A stretch of 64,000 bases of DNA from Rhynchobatus australiae. Taxonomy: Eukaryota. Positions 1 through 13,899 of this stretch are shown piece by piece (position 1 is the first letter of the stretch; each line of letters starts with the position of its first letter). The notes under the pieces were generated by a model that searched no databases, had not been told where the DNA came from, and saw only the letters and a list, made by a program, of their open reading frames with translations. The stretch covers positions 14,457,831-14,521,830 of the forward strand of contig JAUZTB010000048.1 of NCBI GenBank assembly GCA_034780895.1, written 5' to 3'. The position numbers and the translations under genes are program-made.

Positions 1-393
1 TCTTGTCAGTTGTTGTGCACAGTTGATGGTAATTTTGAAGTTAGGCCTCTATTAATTACTGTTAAATCAATATAATCTTCTAGAAATGCAAAATATTGAT
101 TGGTACAATTTTATTTACTTAAGTTAATTTAACGTGATGTAGTTATTAGTAAAAACATTGATATTAAATCAAATTTTCAATCTACTGGAGACATGTAGAA
201 CCTCAATGCTCCCCTAAATTGTTGGTATTGAAGGTTAAAGACTGAACACTATGAAATGACAATGGTACAAGTTTAAATATACCATAAAGGCACAGAATGT
301 TGAGATCTTCAATATGGTATTTTTTATTGAAATTCTTCACAGTTACTTTTTCATAAACATTAAAAATAGAGGACTCCCTCAGTTAGGGCATCA

Positions 394-417
394 AATAATA
401 ATAATAATAATAATAAT
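394..417 (+). repeat. (AAT)8 microsatellite
   Basis: Read directly: aataataataataataataataat. Confidence 0.9.
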
Positions 418-2799
418 GAATGTCTGGGCTTAGAGAGTGTTGACAGCACAAAAGACCTCCTGGGCTACAGTAAAAATGCCACAGTGTGTTGTCTCAGCAC
501 CTAGCCAGATACAGAAGCTTTTGTTACTGTGCTTTCTCGCTACCCATAGACACTATCCATTCGATTAAGTTGTGTAGCATCTGTCTTTGTTAATATTTCT
601 ACTGGTTCACAGATTTCTGGATCTTTCCATTTCAAATACAATAATTGAAGACCACAAATTTCCTATTAACTAGATTGCCTTTGTTACTGGTATATTTGTG
701 TTATTTATAGTTACAAGACCTGGGTTTGCTGATTAGGGTAGGAGGTGCCTTGTGATATTAAATACGACAGAGGCAATATGTAACGGTTTTGCTTAATTGA
801 TGTTTCGCTGACCTTTTTGGAGCTCAGTGTAAATATAATGCAGATCAGTTTCATTGTTATAATTTCTCTGACTCGTTGTGTTTAAATAAAAAATCAATGG
901 TTATTACATCTTCTATTATCCAAAGGTATTTTTGCAGTTTGATCAATACCAGCACTGGGACTGGTAAATGCTGTTGTATATGTGTGTTGATAGAACAGAT
1001 CTATTTATCATATCACGCTTACATCCTGTGTTCTGTGTTTGTCATAAACTGCATTTTGGGGTTCTGTAAAATATAATTCAGCAGGATTAGGTCCTGTCCA
1101 TTTCAGAATCGAATAATGTTGGGTAAAGCACAGACATTAAAAATAAACATTTGTTGAGGCTGGTGCCCTTTCATTAGCTTGCAAGAAATATGATATGAAT
1201 AGGTTCAAAGAATATCTCAGTTTTTCATTTTGTTTAATATGAAAGTCATATTGTTTTTCCAAAATCAGAGTATTTCTATAAAAGGCTATTTTCTTCCTGT
1301 GTAATTTTTAGTTTCTAGTACAGATCATATATTCTTCATATAAGTACACTACTTTGATTTTTTTTAAAAACACTCATGACCAAACTGAAAATGGAAGGTA
1401 AATATTATTTTTGAGAGAAAGTCAAACTTTATAAGTGCATCAGATGGAATTATTAGGCTAGTTGAAGAAGGAAAGCTATTTTTTAGCTTTTTTTTCAAAT
1501 CAGTCACATGGTATCACAATTAACATTTAACAAGTTTAAGAGTTTTGTCCATTCCTAATTATTTGGGCTGTGAAAAATGGTGTAAAGACTGCTGGCCGGG
1601 AAGATTTACTGAGCCAGACTGTTCATGAGAACTGCATTAACATCAGCAGAGATACAGTCGTTAACCTGGGAGTTCTTTAGCCATCATGTCATTTTAACCA
1701 TGTGTGTTAATTTAGTGCTGTCAGGCTCAGTAATCTTATAAACCAGTTCTCCAATCAACAATACTGATCATTTAACCATTTTTCATTCAGCATAACAAAA
1801 TGTAAAAAGAAGTATATTTTGAAATATTATAATTCTTAATTAATAAAAGGGACATTTTGGTAAACTTCTTTTTTCTCTCTTTCNNNNNNNNNNNNNNNNN
1901 NNNNNNNNNNNNNNNNNNNNNNNNNNNNNNNNNNNNNNNNNNNNNNNNNNNNNNNNNNNNNNNNNNNNNNNNNNNNNNNNNNNTTTCTCTCTTTCTGTTA
2001 CCACCCTCTTCTCCATCTCCCCTTCCCCTGCCTTTTGATGGGGCTCTTAACAAATCAAGAACCACAATAACTAACTGTAAATGAAAATATTTTGGATTCT
2101 TCTTCTTAGAGATCCATGCTTATTATTATCAATTTTGCCTTGACTTTTTTTAACTAGTAATAAATTCTGAAGAGGATTTGATTGTAGGGGGTGGGTGAAG
2201 GGTTGTCCACATTGTGCAAATCATTCCCATGCCAGTCTTGCAGTTTAATTCATACAACAAATTATTCCTCCCAGCAGCCACAGCTTCTCTGGCTTGTGTA
2301 ACCAATACACAACTGAGACCCCAGCAAAATTTCTGCAGCCAGTAACGCATGAAATTTGTGATTTGTGGAGAACTGAAGACTCTATTTTAATATAATTTAA
2401 GAATCCTTATTAACGTGGATCAGGATATTAGGATAGACCAGTTGAATTAGCATTTTACTGTTGCTGGGAATATTTTTCAAAATTAAGATATAATATGATG
2501 ACTAATAAATCCATAAGAGGGTTCAGGAGAAATGTATTACCAAAAGATTGAATGGAATGAGGAGCATGCTACTATGAAGTACAATTGAGGCAAAATAGCC
2601 AAATGCATCTTAGGAGAAGCTTTTTAAGGATACAGAAATGGAAACATCTGCTAAAATGGAGTGGAGAAGTGTCTGTTTAGGCAAGCATAGGCCACTTGGC
2701 CTGTCGTTCTGTCGGCTCTATGTAACTCAGTGTGATTAATTTGTATTTCATCATATCTTATTATATATTATGATGAATAATTGTGTTTGCCAGTGATAA

Positions 2800-2985
2800 T
2801 TGAAGGGAGAATGTGGTCCAGCAGCAGAAGAGCCAGTGCTGTTCTCTGGGTTCTGCAATATGATATTTTAAATCCATAGTCAATCGCCTCAGACCACATG
2901 GTATTCCTTCAGTACTGCACTTCAAGTTTCAGCTAAGATTTTGAGCTCAAACTTGAAGTGGCCTTAAACCAAAGGCCTTCCAATT
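2800..2985 (-). mobile_element. Old Deu-domain SINE fragment (SacSINE1/AmnSINE1-like)
   Basis: 'ttccttcagtactgcacttcaagtttcagctaagattttgagctcaaacttgaagtggccttaaacc' resembles the antisense DeuSINE core as I recall it; strongly decayed. Confidence 0.5.
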
Positions 2986-3094
2986 GTGCCAAAGTGACCT
3001 TCCAAAAGGATGAAGAATAAAGGTCACTCAACATGAAGGATCTTAATTTGTTGAAGAGATTAGGAGCATTAATGTAATATATAAGAATATATCT

Positions 3095-4160
3095 AATATT
3101 AATATATAGTCATATATTAGTAAGTTTGCTGATGACATGAAAATTGGTGAAGTCTTAGATAGTGAAGACTGTTGCCTATGGATACAGAAGGATATAAATT
3201 CGATGAAAAATTGGCCAGAGTGGTGGCAGATGAATTTAACCCAGATGAGTGTGAGGTAATATATTTTGAAATGCCGAGTACAATAAGTGGCAGAGACCTT
3301 AGGAGAGTAGATGTACAGAGACACCTTGAGATGCAAGTTTGTCATTCTATGAAAATGGTGATGCAGGTGGATAGAGTAATGAAGAAGGCATTTGGCATGC
3401 TTTGACTCATAGGCTGAAGAACTGAGTATAAGTGTTGGACTGTCATGTTACAGCTACACTTGGAGTATTGTGTACAGTTCTGGTCACCACACTATAGTAA
3501 GAATGAGAAAGCGTTAGAAAAGATGCAGAAGAGATTCACCAGGATACTGCCTAGAATGAAGAGCTTTAGTTACAAGAAGAGATTGGATAGATTGGGTTTG
3601 ATCCCTCTGGAGCATCAGAAGCTGATCTTCCAGAGGTTTGTAAGATTATAAGGGGCATAGATCAGGTAGATAGAGTCTTTTTCCCAGGGTATTGGAACCT
3701 AAGACAGGGGGTTTTAGGTGTAAGAGGAGAAATTCAAAGGAGATTTGGGGGCAAGTTTTTCACATAGAGGGTGATGATTGTGAAAAACTGCCAGCAGAGT
3801 GGTAGAGGCAGATACAATTATAATGTTTAAAAAGCATTAGGACAGGTAAGATAAGATATCTTTATTAGTCACATGTACGTCGAAACACACAGTGAAATAC
3901 ATATTTTGCGTAGAATGTTCTGGGGGCAGCCCACAAGTGTCGTCACACTTATGGCACCAACATAGCATGCCCACAACTTCCTAACCCATTCATGTGGGAG
4001 GAAACCGGAGCACGTGGAGGAAACCCACACGGACATGGGGAGAACATCCAAACTCCTTACGCCAGATTAATGTAAATGGGCATCATGGTCACCATGGACA
4101 AGTTGGGCTGAAGGGCCCATTTCTGTGCTGAACAACTTTATGACTATATGGCTCTATGGC
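3095..4160 (+). mobile_element. 5'-truncated CR1 LINE (RT C-terminus and 3' UTR), interrupted by a SINE
   Basis: ISKFADDMKIG near 3115; ORF 3445-3651 gives HLEYCVQFWSPHY..ALEKMQKRFTRILP; CR1 tail gggctgaagggcccatttctgtgctg followed by decayed (ctatga)n repeats. Confidence 0.9.
3851..4062 (-). mobile_element. V-SINE-type SINE, 5'-truncated, nested in CR1
   Basis: Close match to the copies at 6063-6355 and 60525-60822; V-domain-like 'gggaggaaaccggagcac..ggaggaaacccac'. Confidence 0.85.
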
Positions 4161-5369
4161 ATTATGATATTAAGTTGTTACATTTCAAGAATTTTCTTCA
4201 GGAGCTATACTGGATAGCTGCATGAAAGGAGTAAGGTCCTGGAATATTATTTTTGGATTCCCTTACAAATAAGTATCAATGGGATAATTAACCCTTGAGT
4301 CTTTTTTTTCAGTTGTGCAGAATGGTGTAACAGTCTCGGAGAGAAGTTGAGTTGAGCCCCCAGATTTTGATACAATAATAGCGTGAAGCCATGGAGAAGC
4401 CCATTACTTTGTCACCTTAAAGGCAAGCAAATGACATCAGCATTAAATGTTCGATAGTGGAACACTGTTCCGCTTGTTTTTCTAAGTAGCATTTTCTGCT
4501 TGAAGTATAGAGGCTGCAGTGGGAAGCAAGACCACTGGCAGGGTGAGGAGATGAAGGGTTCCCATATGGATTTACTCAAAGATTTTAAAGAATTGCAAAC
4601 AATGGCAGTAATTTATTTTTTCTGGAAGTTCTCTGGCCAAGTCACTAACAAGCTCTGTTCAAAGTGATGTCTGCAAAGTAAGTATGCCAGTAGCCATGCT
4701 TTTTTTGTTGTTCCTTTTATTTTCCCATCCTGGTTGCAATTGGTTGCAATTAAAATTTCATTCCAATGTAAACAGCATGGGTTTCAGGGCAGGAGCGCAC
4801 CAGAATTAGATCGGCACAGAACCATTTCGTCAAGTTGTGCTGCAATATAAACAGCCGATATTCAGATTCCTAAGCATCTGTTTGTCAGATTCAGCGGGTA
4901 TCTTTCCTGAACTGATTGTTGAGCCCACAAGTACACTCACCATTAACGATCACTTTTTAAATAATACAGCTTTGCACGTATATGCAAAATACTATTGTAA
5001 ACCTATAATGAGATGGGCTTTCAAGAGTAAATGGGGTATTCTTGTGCATGAGTTATATTTTATGTGCAAGTGTGGGAGGGACACTGCTCCCTCCAAGATG
5101 AAGCGTCACTCTGGGGCATAAGCTGCAGACAAGTGGAAAATTAAAGAAAAGATATTGAATCTAGAATCTTGAAATGACAGTATAACCTCATGTGAGAGTG
5201 TTAAACTGGTCTTTGCATTTGGTTCATGTAAAGGACTTGCAAAGTTCTGAGTAGGGTGGGAGGGACATTAAGTAAAGGAGAAGGGAGAGCGAGCATCCTT
5301 ATAACCAATGCAACATCCAATTATAACTTAAATCTACCTCCTTACATTGAGGTGAATTTCATCCATTAT

Positions 5370-5505
5370 GATTACATGAATGATAGAAAAATAGGAGGCT
5401 ATGTGGGAGGGAAGGGTTAGGTCAATCTTAGAGCAGGATAAAATGTCGGCACAACATTGTGGGCCGAAGGGCCTGTACTGTGATGTAGTGTTCTATGTTC
5501 TATGA
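5370..5505 (+). mobile_element. CR1-type LINE 3' tail
   Basis: 'ggcacaacattgtgggccgaagggcctgtactgtg...ttctatgttctatg' is the CR1 3' stem-loop plus terminal short repeat. Confidence 0.8.
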
Positions 5506-6062
5506 TAGCATCAAAAGTACCTTATAATTTATAAGCACTTTGCATTTCTCTAATATAATGAATGGCACTGAGTCATTGCAAGTCTTTCTTTCCCCCTCAT
5601 CTCCTGCATGGGGGCAGTTTTACTCAGGCTCTCTTTAAGAGTAGAACATTGCTGTTGCTGGAAAAAGAGCAAAGCAATGACAGTGTCTTGGATTCTGGGA
5701 TCAATATCCCAGCCCAATAGATAGTTTGAGGTAAAGACCAGAAACACCATCTTTGCCATGCTCTTTCAAAGTTGAGATAACAAGTAGCTCAAGAAAGAGA
5801 TACAGGATGAGTTTAGAAGGATCTATGAGATTAGAGATGAAGCCAACCTGCCACTGCACTTGCATTGGATTTTATCATTGATTCCAACTCGCCGGTGAGG
5901 ACTGGCTGCTCCTAGATTACAGTGTAAGATACAGGCTTTCACAGAGCACTATTAGTGATGGTAGGCAACCCCAGTCTCTCAATAGTTTCCAGGGAGAGGC
6001 CTAATGTGGATAGGAAATTGATTTTAAAAATCAAACATGTTAAAGTTTTAGTAACCATCTTT

Positions 6063-6355
6063 TAAGATATCTTTATTAGTCACATTTACATCGAAACACA
6101 CAGTGAAATATATCTTTTTGTGTAGAGCGTTCTGGGGGCAGCCCACAAGTGTCGCCACACTTCCGGCACCAATATAGCATGCTTACAACTTTCTAACTCA
6201 TACATCTTTAGAATGTAGGAAGAAACCAGAGCACCCAGAGGAAACCCACACAGACATGGGGAGAATGTGCAAACTCCTTACAGACAGTGACCAGAATTGA
6301 ACCCCGGTCGCTGGCACTGTAATAGTGTTATGCTAACAGCTATACTACTGTGCCT
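6063..6355 (-). mobile_element. Full-length tRNA-derived V-SINE-type element
   Basis: Minus-strand tRNA-like head with B-box GGTTCAATTC (near 6295-6304), V-domain-like core, and a tail ending AATAAAGATATCTTA. Confidence 0.9.
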
Positions 6356-8794
6356 GCAGTGTATTAACAGTGTCTATTTATTTTTTGTCAAAAACCTGTG
6401 AAAGTCCCAAGAATAATTTATTTCAAAAGTAAAATTAGTAATTAAGTATTAACCCTTCTACTAATCTCACTCTACATTTTATTGTAGAGTGCATATGATG
6501 ATATCAGAACAAATCAGTTGATACAGGACTGAAATTGTGGAATATTCAAGATTAATATTGTGAAATTTTCCTGATGTTGGAAATTTTGAAATGATTCTTC
6601 AATGAGATAGTTACTGATTGAAGCATTATTATTTTTCCTTAGTTGATTCAAATGTTTTAAAGGACCATTATCAATTCTTCACCTTAAGCTGTCTGTATTT
6701 CAAGGTAAACCAAAGATGTTCCTGTGTAAAATGCATCTCAGCATCAATGGGATGATTTTAAGTCTTGCTATCTGGTCAGTAACGTTTGGGAACAGATTGC
6801 CCACCTTTTATAGAACTGGTCCCTTTCTAATTGATGCATAAGATTTAAGCAGCTCTATGAGAGCAGGCATACTCTGGCACAACACTCATGAGGCAAGGTA
6901 GAAAAGCATCTCCAATGTTGCATGTGGGGCAAGGCTAACGTAAAGTTAAAAGGTGAAGGTGTAATCAGTGATGTATTGAAATCCTATCCCATGTGATTCT
7001 AACCTTCAGCAAGCTTTGTTTTAAAATCGGGTAAATATCGTACTTAACTCGTTTGAAGTGGCCCTTTTAACAATATTCATCATCAGGCTATAGGGCCCCT
7101 TTAAGGTGAATCCTGCTTCTTGTTTACATAAGCAAAAATTTTGCAGCCAAGCCCGTCCAGCTTTATTCTGCTGCCGACCCCTCTGATTTACAGTATAGGT
7201 GCCAGTTTTTTGTAACAGAAGCAACAGCTGAACAAACACGAAATGAAGTGGCAGCACATCACTGGCATCATTTTGAGGGCAAGCAGTTGAGCAGGGAATG
7301 GGGAGGTGTGACAGAAGTGAATCTGCACTTTGGATCCCACCATTCTGTGAGGAAAGATGCCAGGTTTCACACCAGAGGCAGCTTGAATGAGTGGCTCTCA
7401 GATGCCTCTTAGTGGCTGTCTAAGGAGAAACATGACAAGGATAAGAACAGTTCAGATAACAGAGAACTAAATTTATTCTTTGACAACAGGAAAGAGAGAT
7501 AAATGATAGCTCTAGTTGCAGCACTAATATGTAATTTATGAACTATAATTTAATTAGTATGGATATTTTAATTTGACTGTTATGGAGTCTTGTGCTGTAA
7601 GAGATGTAAAGAGGTGCTTTTGTATATCAAGCTCAATATTACTGTTTTGAGCTTATGTTAATAAATGGGCTGTTTTTAAATTAAATTTTGTAATATTTAT
7701 AAATTATATTAAACAGTAAGAAAGAAAGAAATAATGTAGAAATTCTTGATAAGTTAAGACAAATTCAGAGTTTTATGATATCTATTATTAGTCAATTGCC
7801 TGACTGAAATATTCAGTGGAGGTATTATTTCAACAGGAATCATAAAATGACTCTTTCAACTTCCATGCGAATATGTTTGGAGGAAATGGCCACTCCTGCT
7901 TGCTACAAGTGCAAGCACTAAAAGTTATAGCCAGCATTTGCCAATTATGACAGCCAAAGGGTATCCAGCAGCCATGTTTCTGAATTTATTCTATTTTCTC
8001 TACCTCTTTCTTGATTTAGTGTGTAGTTTTCCTATTAAAATGATTTGTTAGCGATGCAGGTTAGACAGCTGGTAGACTGGTTTATCAGGTTTCACTCTCC
8101 AGTATATCCCTCCAACTGCCAGAGCATTGCAGTTGTATTGTTGCACAAAAATTACCAGCGATTATTTGCTGCCATCCCGTGACACACAATTTTTATTTTC
8201 CCATCCGCCGTTGACTGGATTACTCAGGGGCAGCAGAGTCAGAGGAAACTAATCTCTGCTTCGTAAGCAGAAATAAAAACAATGTATTTCATGGTGAGAA
8301 GCTGTCTATCCACTGTACTTCAAAAATTCATTTTTTATTTGTTTTAAACTGTAAATAGAGGGAGCATTAGCACAAATGTTAGCTTGTTAGCATTATACCA
8401 TCATAACATTACAATTATGGGCAAATAGACAACTATTCCATAAGCTAGAGATAAAATGCACATATGGGAGTGCATAATCATCTACTTGTCTGAGAAATGT
8501 CGACTGTGTGAAGGAGTTCAATGTTTTTGTTTGTCCTTTCAATCTGTTTGAACAATTTGTGCTTTACAAATGAGCTGATCGTCTTCCCAATTGCAAGGTT
8601 ATACAGACAATGGCCAAGAATCTCAAAAAATGTTATCAATAGATTCGTAATGTCTTTTCCCGAGTTTTTTTTGTCACACAAGAGCTTTATATATCATTGT
8701 TCAATCACCTACCTTGAGCAGGTATATTATAGCTCCTGAATTTTCTACAGGTCATTTAACAACAGCAATGTCTGCTGTGATACTAAGCGTAAAT

Positions 8795-9010
8795 ATCTAG
8801 GTATCCAGTCTCTGCTGAGTTAGCAGATATCAGCCAGTAGAAAACAGTAGAGGTGCTACAAATAGCTTTCAAATCCCCAGGGTGCTGGATGGAATGAAGC
8901 AGCCAGAGATCCAGATTCTGACTGCTGTCCGGTAAGTTGTGATGGTAGACAGACCGATCTGGAGTTCGGATGAGAACAGGATTGTTCAGTTGTAAACGTC
9001 CCAGAGCATT
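8795..9010 (+). mobile_element. Ancient SINE-like repeat (family not assigned)
   Basis: 'ctctgctgagttagcagatatcagcc..ggtgctacaaat..cagccagagatcc' resembles an old elasmobranch interspersed repeat as I recall it; a possible antisense copy lies at 20920-21030. Confidence 0.4.
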
Positions 9011-12000
9011 TCAGTGGCTGCTGAAAGTCTACCCTCCTGTACCTGCTCCCCAGCTTCAGTGAATATTTTTTCAGTAATCACAAAGGGCAGTTAAAATAAT
9101 TCCTTACTAATTGTGTGAACATTTCTGTCACTTTGTGATATCATTTGTTGCTTGATAAGAAATTATGCAGAAACTAAAACTATCCCTTTAAAAACTTGTC
9201 AACAAATAAATGATATTAAGATTCTAGAGTCTGCTGTGGAGGGAAAACCAAGCATTATGGATTTAAATGTAAAAGCAGTCTTCCTACAATCTATTAGAAA
9301 TTGTCTTTCAGGAACCAAAGTTCTGTCCTTGAGAAGAAAATGCATTTCAACTAGATAATCACTATTGTGACTGGCAGAAATTTATATAAGGAAATGTAAA
9401 GTTTGTGAGAGTGTTTTAAGCTGTTGCTAACAGAAGCAACAAAACTTAAAGGGTTAAAGGATAATTTTGTTTGTGGCCTGGAGGGATACTTTGGGAACTT
9501 AAAAGAGTTACTGAATCCAGTGAGGTCCAAACCATTTGGTTGATCCAACTTGAGAACGTCCCGGAAGATGTGACTTTTGTGAAGCAGACAGTCTTGAAAC
9601 CCTGCAATTGTGATTGAGGACACTTTCACCTCGGCTCACATCACTCCAAGATTCCTCATGAACTTCAGACTCAGATCAAGGTAACACACCTGAGTGATGA
9701 ATGTAAAGTAGGAGACTCACCCGATGCTGTGCTGTTCACAGAATCTACAGACAGTTTGTTTTGCCAAAATGATCTGAGACTTAAAAGAAAGAATCTTTTT
9801 TTAATTACTTATGTCTGGAGAGTTAAGGATAAAGCAAGTTGAAATGTAGTAATAATGTCATTCTTTTTCTTCTCCTCTCAGGGCAAAGATAAACAATGAT
9901 CACAATCTGCAGTCCAGGCATCCTTGTCCAGGCCCTCCCCTGCATCACTTCAGCTGCGACATTGAACTCCAGGTGCTCTGACCGCAAAGAGCACTCAACT
10001 CCTGCAATTACTCTTCATTCTCACTAACAATTTGGTAATGAAGTATTGATTTTTCAGCTCGATTCTTATGGATGTTATTAGATTTTCATTGATAAACTGT
10101 GCTTGGGCTCTCTACTCCCTGATGCTTCTCTGAGGCACATATAACAAAGTGTTCTTTAGGGGATAATGGCTGGGAACATTGATGTGTTTATTTCGTCAAT
10201 TGGTTACTCCTGATGGCAAAAAAGGTACGATTTTTCAAACTTTAAGCCCAAGTTTAATGTAAAGATACAATCACATTGGACACTAATGTCCTTCCTGCTG
10301 ATGCTGACATTGAATTATGGCTGAATTGCGGCTGTGGCCCATAGCCCTCTCTTTATGAAGGAAGCGGTTTGTAGCCAGTACAGTTGTCAATGTTGCACCT
10401 GGGTTTCCCACTCCATTCTTAACAGCACAAGGGATCAATCTGTCTAACTAAGAAGAAAAAGACTGATGAAGCAGTGAACGAGATCCAGCCAGAGAGAAAA
10501 AAAACTTGTACACTGTTTATCATCTGCTGCAATAGTACACAGAATCAGCTTCTTTGTGGGTAGGANNNNNNNNNNNNNNNNNNNNNNNNNNNNNAGTCTG
10601 CTGCTGTCCTTGTTTTTTAAAAAAATAGCATTCTCTGACATCCTACATCACACCAAGTATGAACCTACAGCTGAAGGAGAAAAAAAATTATCACAAGGGA
10701 GCAGACAACCGCAGTTCAATCCTGTTAACTTCTTGTTTCTACAGACAGTGTGAGCTTCAATGGTAGAGATTGGAGGTAAAGGGAATGCATCTCCATTATC
10801 CCTGATAAAGTCGCAAGAGACAAAGTCAAAAATGAGTGATGTTTGCAGCTAGGATACCACAGGCACACACATCAGGTATTCAGTTTATTAAACACTGCTG
10901 GACAAACGTATCAGTTTTATTAATGTAACTTTTATTTTTAGAAAGTTCAAGTACTTTTTTTGTAAAGGCCAACCAATCTTTTACAAGTGATTGTTAACCC
11001 ACTGAGGTTATGACAATTCCCCAAGTTATAACACAATTGGTATTGAGGATGTACATTAACAATGTAGTTTATTGTAAAACTCGGAGAATAGTCTGACTTC
11101 ATAACGGCAGGTGCCCTCGGCTTGTGAGTTCTGTCGAGAAAAGGAGACTTTCTCTTGCTTTGATACATACAGGCATGTATTCCATTTGTACCATACTTTA
11201 CTATTAATGATAAATTCAAATTAAGGTTTTGGTCAGTTTTTTTCTGGTGCTGCTGCGTAATTTGGTTTGATATCAAGTTGAAGGAGACAAGTCCTACCAA
11301 TATACATGTAGAAAATAATGTGAAAAAATCTTTGTGTTCCTCAGTGGATTTCTCATGTATTTTCATTGATGGAGCCCGAGGATTAATTTATTCCACAGGC
11401 CAAGAGGGGCAGATCAGTATTGCACAAAGATTGCAAATCAGTACACAGCCCATTGCTTTCCTATCTTAATCACTTAATTAAAAATGCATTTGGTAGCCTT
11501 AATCTAAATTCTTACTGCAAAACAAAATTATTATGAGGCCAAAAGGACCTGTTGTATGTGACTCCTAGCACCACTTGCCTCTACTGCTCACATTTTGCAA
11601 TCTCAAATCCAAGGCTTGCATGGCACATGGTGAAATTGTTTTAATCAGCTCTCTCACACAGCTTAATTGTTCAATAAACAAACAACAAATAAATTGTTAG
11701 TTTCTCATTGCTATAGTTTCCTTAACCATCAAAAATTTTATCCGAAAAAATATAAGGGTCTACCAATGTTATCATGTCCTTACTGTGGTCCTGCTCTGGC
11801 AGTCACAATCCTGCCCAAAATCCTGTTCTGGATATTTTCAGCTGTTTGCAATTTGTTTGCCTCTTGTAGAAACTATCCAATAGTGAGAACTGGGTGGTTT
11901 CTGCAACGGATGGTCAATCCGCAGATTGCAGCTGAAAAATCTATTCCAGCATCTTTCTGGGGTTGGAAGAACCATGTTAAGCTTTGTCCATGAATAACCT

Positions 12001-13629
12001 TGTCCAATCCCAGAGCATTTTATGCCTGGCATCAATACAGTGCTCCTCCTGCTGCACTCTATTTTCTTTACGTGCAGTTTTCAATATCAATGTAATTACA
12101 TGCTTTCATATTATTTTGCAAGAGCTGCTGTTCTCTGGATGTGGCCACAAAGATTTCATATGCAGGAGAGCTCTTAGTCAAGGTGAGGTTTATCAGTCTA
12201 TGTTCTCAGTCAAAAGAAACTCCTGGAATATTTAAGAGGGGGACTATGTAATGCAGAAAGAAAATCTCCTCCTCACAGTCATTTGGTCAGTATTTCCTGC
12301 TGAAGTGAGTCTTGTTATTGCACATAACCTACAGCATTCCAACTGCTCAAAGCCCATTTATACTAGAAGTAAAGTCCCAAGTAATGAGCGTTTTATCGCA
12401 TTGATGGTCTCTACTCCTAATTAATCAGGAGCGACATTGCAACATATTAAGACGTCACTGTACTTTTCAATATATTGTATTGCATACTTCATCACTAACC
12501 AATTTTACCACACTGTTTTAGGATCACATTACCAGTCTGACATGATGATGTGTCAATTAAGTACATTAGCTATTGTCATAAAATAACTTTGCAGTTTTAT
12601 TTAAAAGAGCCTGATAGCAGAACAGACACGACATTCATAGCAGGTTTTATTTGTTACTTACCTGTTTATCAGAAATTTAGTAATAGGAATATAAGTAGGA
12701 ATCCCTGCAAATGATCTGCAAGAAAAACCGCTTCACATTAATAAAAATACTTGGTGCCAATAAAAATCCCCAGTCACACTAATAGCTGGAAGCATGTGAC
12801 TGAAATATCTATCTGCAGTGTTTGATCAGTGCAGAACAGCTGCTCACTGCCTCACTATCCCTACATTTATCACTTGAACCTCTTACCTGGTAATCTTTTA
12901 GCAGGTTTAGAAAGCCATTATAATTCATCATTTTTAATTAGATATTCCCAAATCATACAAAAATGTCCTCTAACTACTTCACTTGGCAGGTTATCTGTAA
13001 ACATCTGATTGCATGCTTTATATTTGGATACTCTGTACAAAANNNNNNNNNNNNNNNNNNNNNNNNNNNNNNNNNNNNNNNNNNNNNNNNNNNNNNCCAT
13101 CACTGGCAGCCCCAGCTGTGAAACTTTAAGTCCCTGGTAGTGTTGTCATCCCAATTTTCCTGGCTCCCCATGGTGCCTGTTGGAGCCAGCAAAAATATGA
13201 GAGTTTCTGCCTTATTGTCCTTCTAACTGACTGATTGGTGGCTCAGTCCTAAACAGACTGGGGGGAATGGCACTGAGAGGTTGCGGCTTTTTGTTCGAGG
13301 TTGTCCGACTACATGACAACAACTTTCAAACTCCTGTAGCTGGACAATTTCAATCTAAAAATTCAGATTATTGTAAAACTAAGGTATGTAATATGTAACA
13401 ATAGCAGTTATTTGTATAACATGATCACCCAAAATTTGCATTACTTGACTTGGCTCAAATGGATTAATGCCCAGAAATTTCATTTTCAGTCAGTGATACT
13501 TGAAACAGCCATGTGCTCGACTCCACTTCTGAGTTCAATGCAACCAAATTAAAAGTGGTGTAACATTTTCAGCTGCTGGCAAATAACATATTTTGCACTC
13601 CTGACTGGAAATAAATTTCTAAGCCTGTT

Positions 13630-13775
13630 AAATCATGAGAACCAGGAGCAGGAGTAAGCCAATCAGCCCCTTGAGCCCATTCATGGCTGATCCAATTTTT
13701 CCCATACCACTTGACTCCATTGCAGTTTAAATGCCTTTTAATCTTAGCCTTGAATACCAGCACAGCTGTCTGGGG
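13630..13775 (-). mobile_element. CR1-type LINE 3' end fragment
   Basis: 'aggagcaggagtaagccaatcagccccttgagccc..atggctgatc' is the antisense of a CR1 3' terminus. Confidence 0.65.
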
Positions 13776-13899
13776 TAGGATAAGTGGAACATAACTTTTT
13801 GAAAAGACATGAGGAGCTGAGTGTAATTCTGAATGTCTTTTTAATAGCATGGCCCACTGATTAAAAAAAAGCATAATTGAATCTGGATCTTCAGTCAAC

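Noticed and set aside
1787-2084. ORFs running through N runs (also near 19730, 23741, 37715, 39168 and 48682)
   Set aside because: Their length comes from X residues in assembly gaps.
9658-9981. A 40-aa ORF (MNFRLRSRAKINNDH...) made by splicing the weak donor at 9681 to the 9881 acceptor
   Set aside because: The donor gtaaca is weak, the peptide has no recognisable homology, and the acceptor is better explained as the TSHZ2 terminal exon.
10947-11366. 139-aa minus-strand ORF
   Set aside because: No recognisable motif or splice context; antisense to the inferred UTR.
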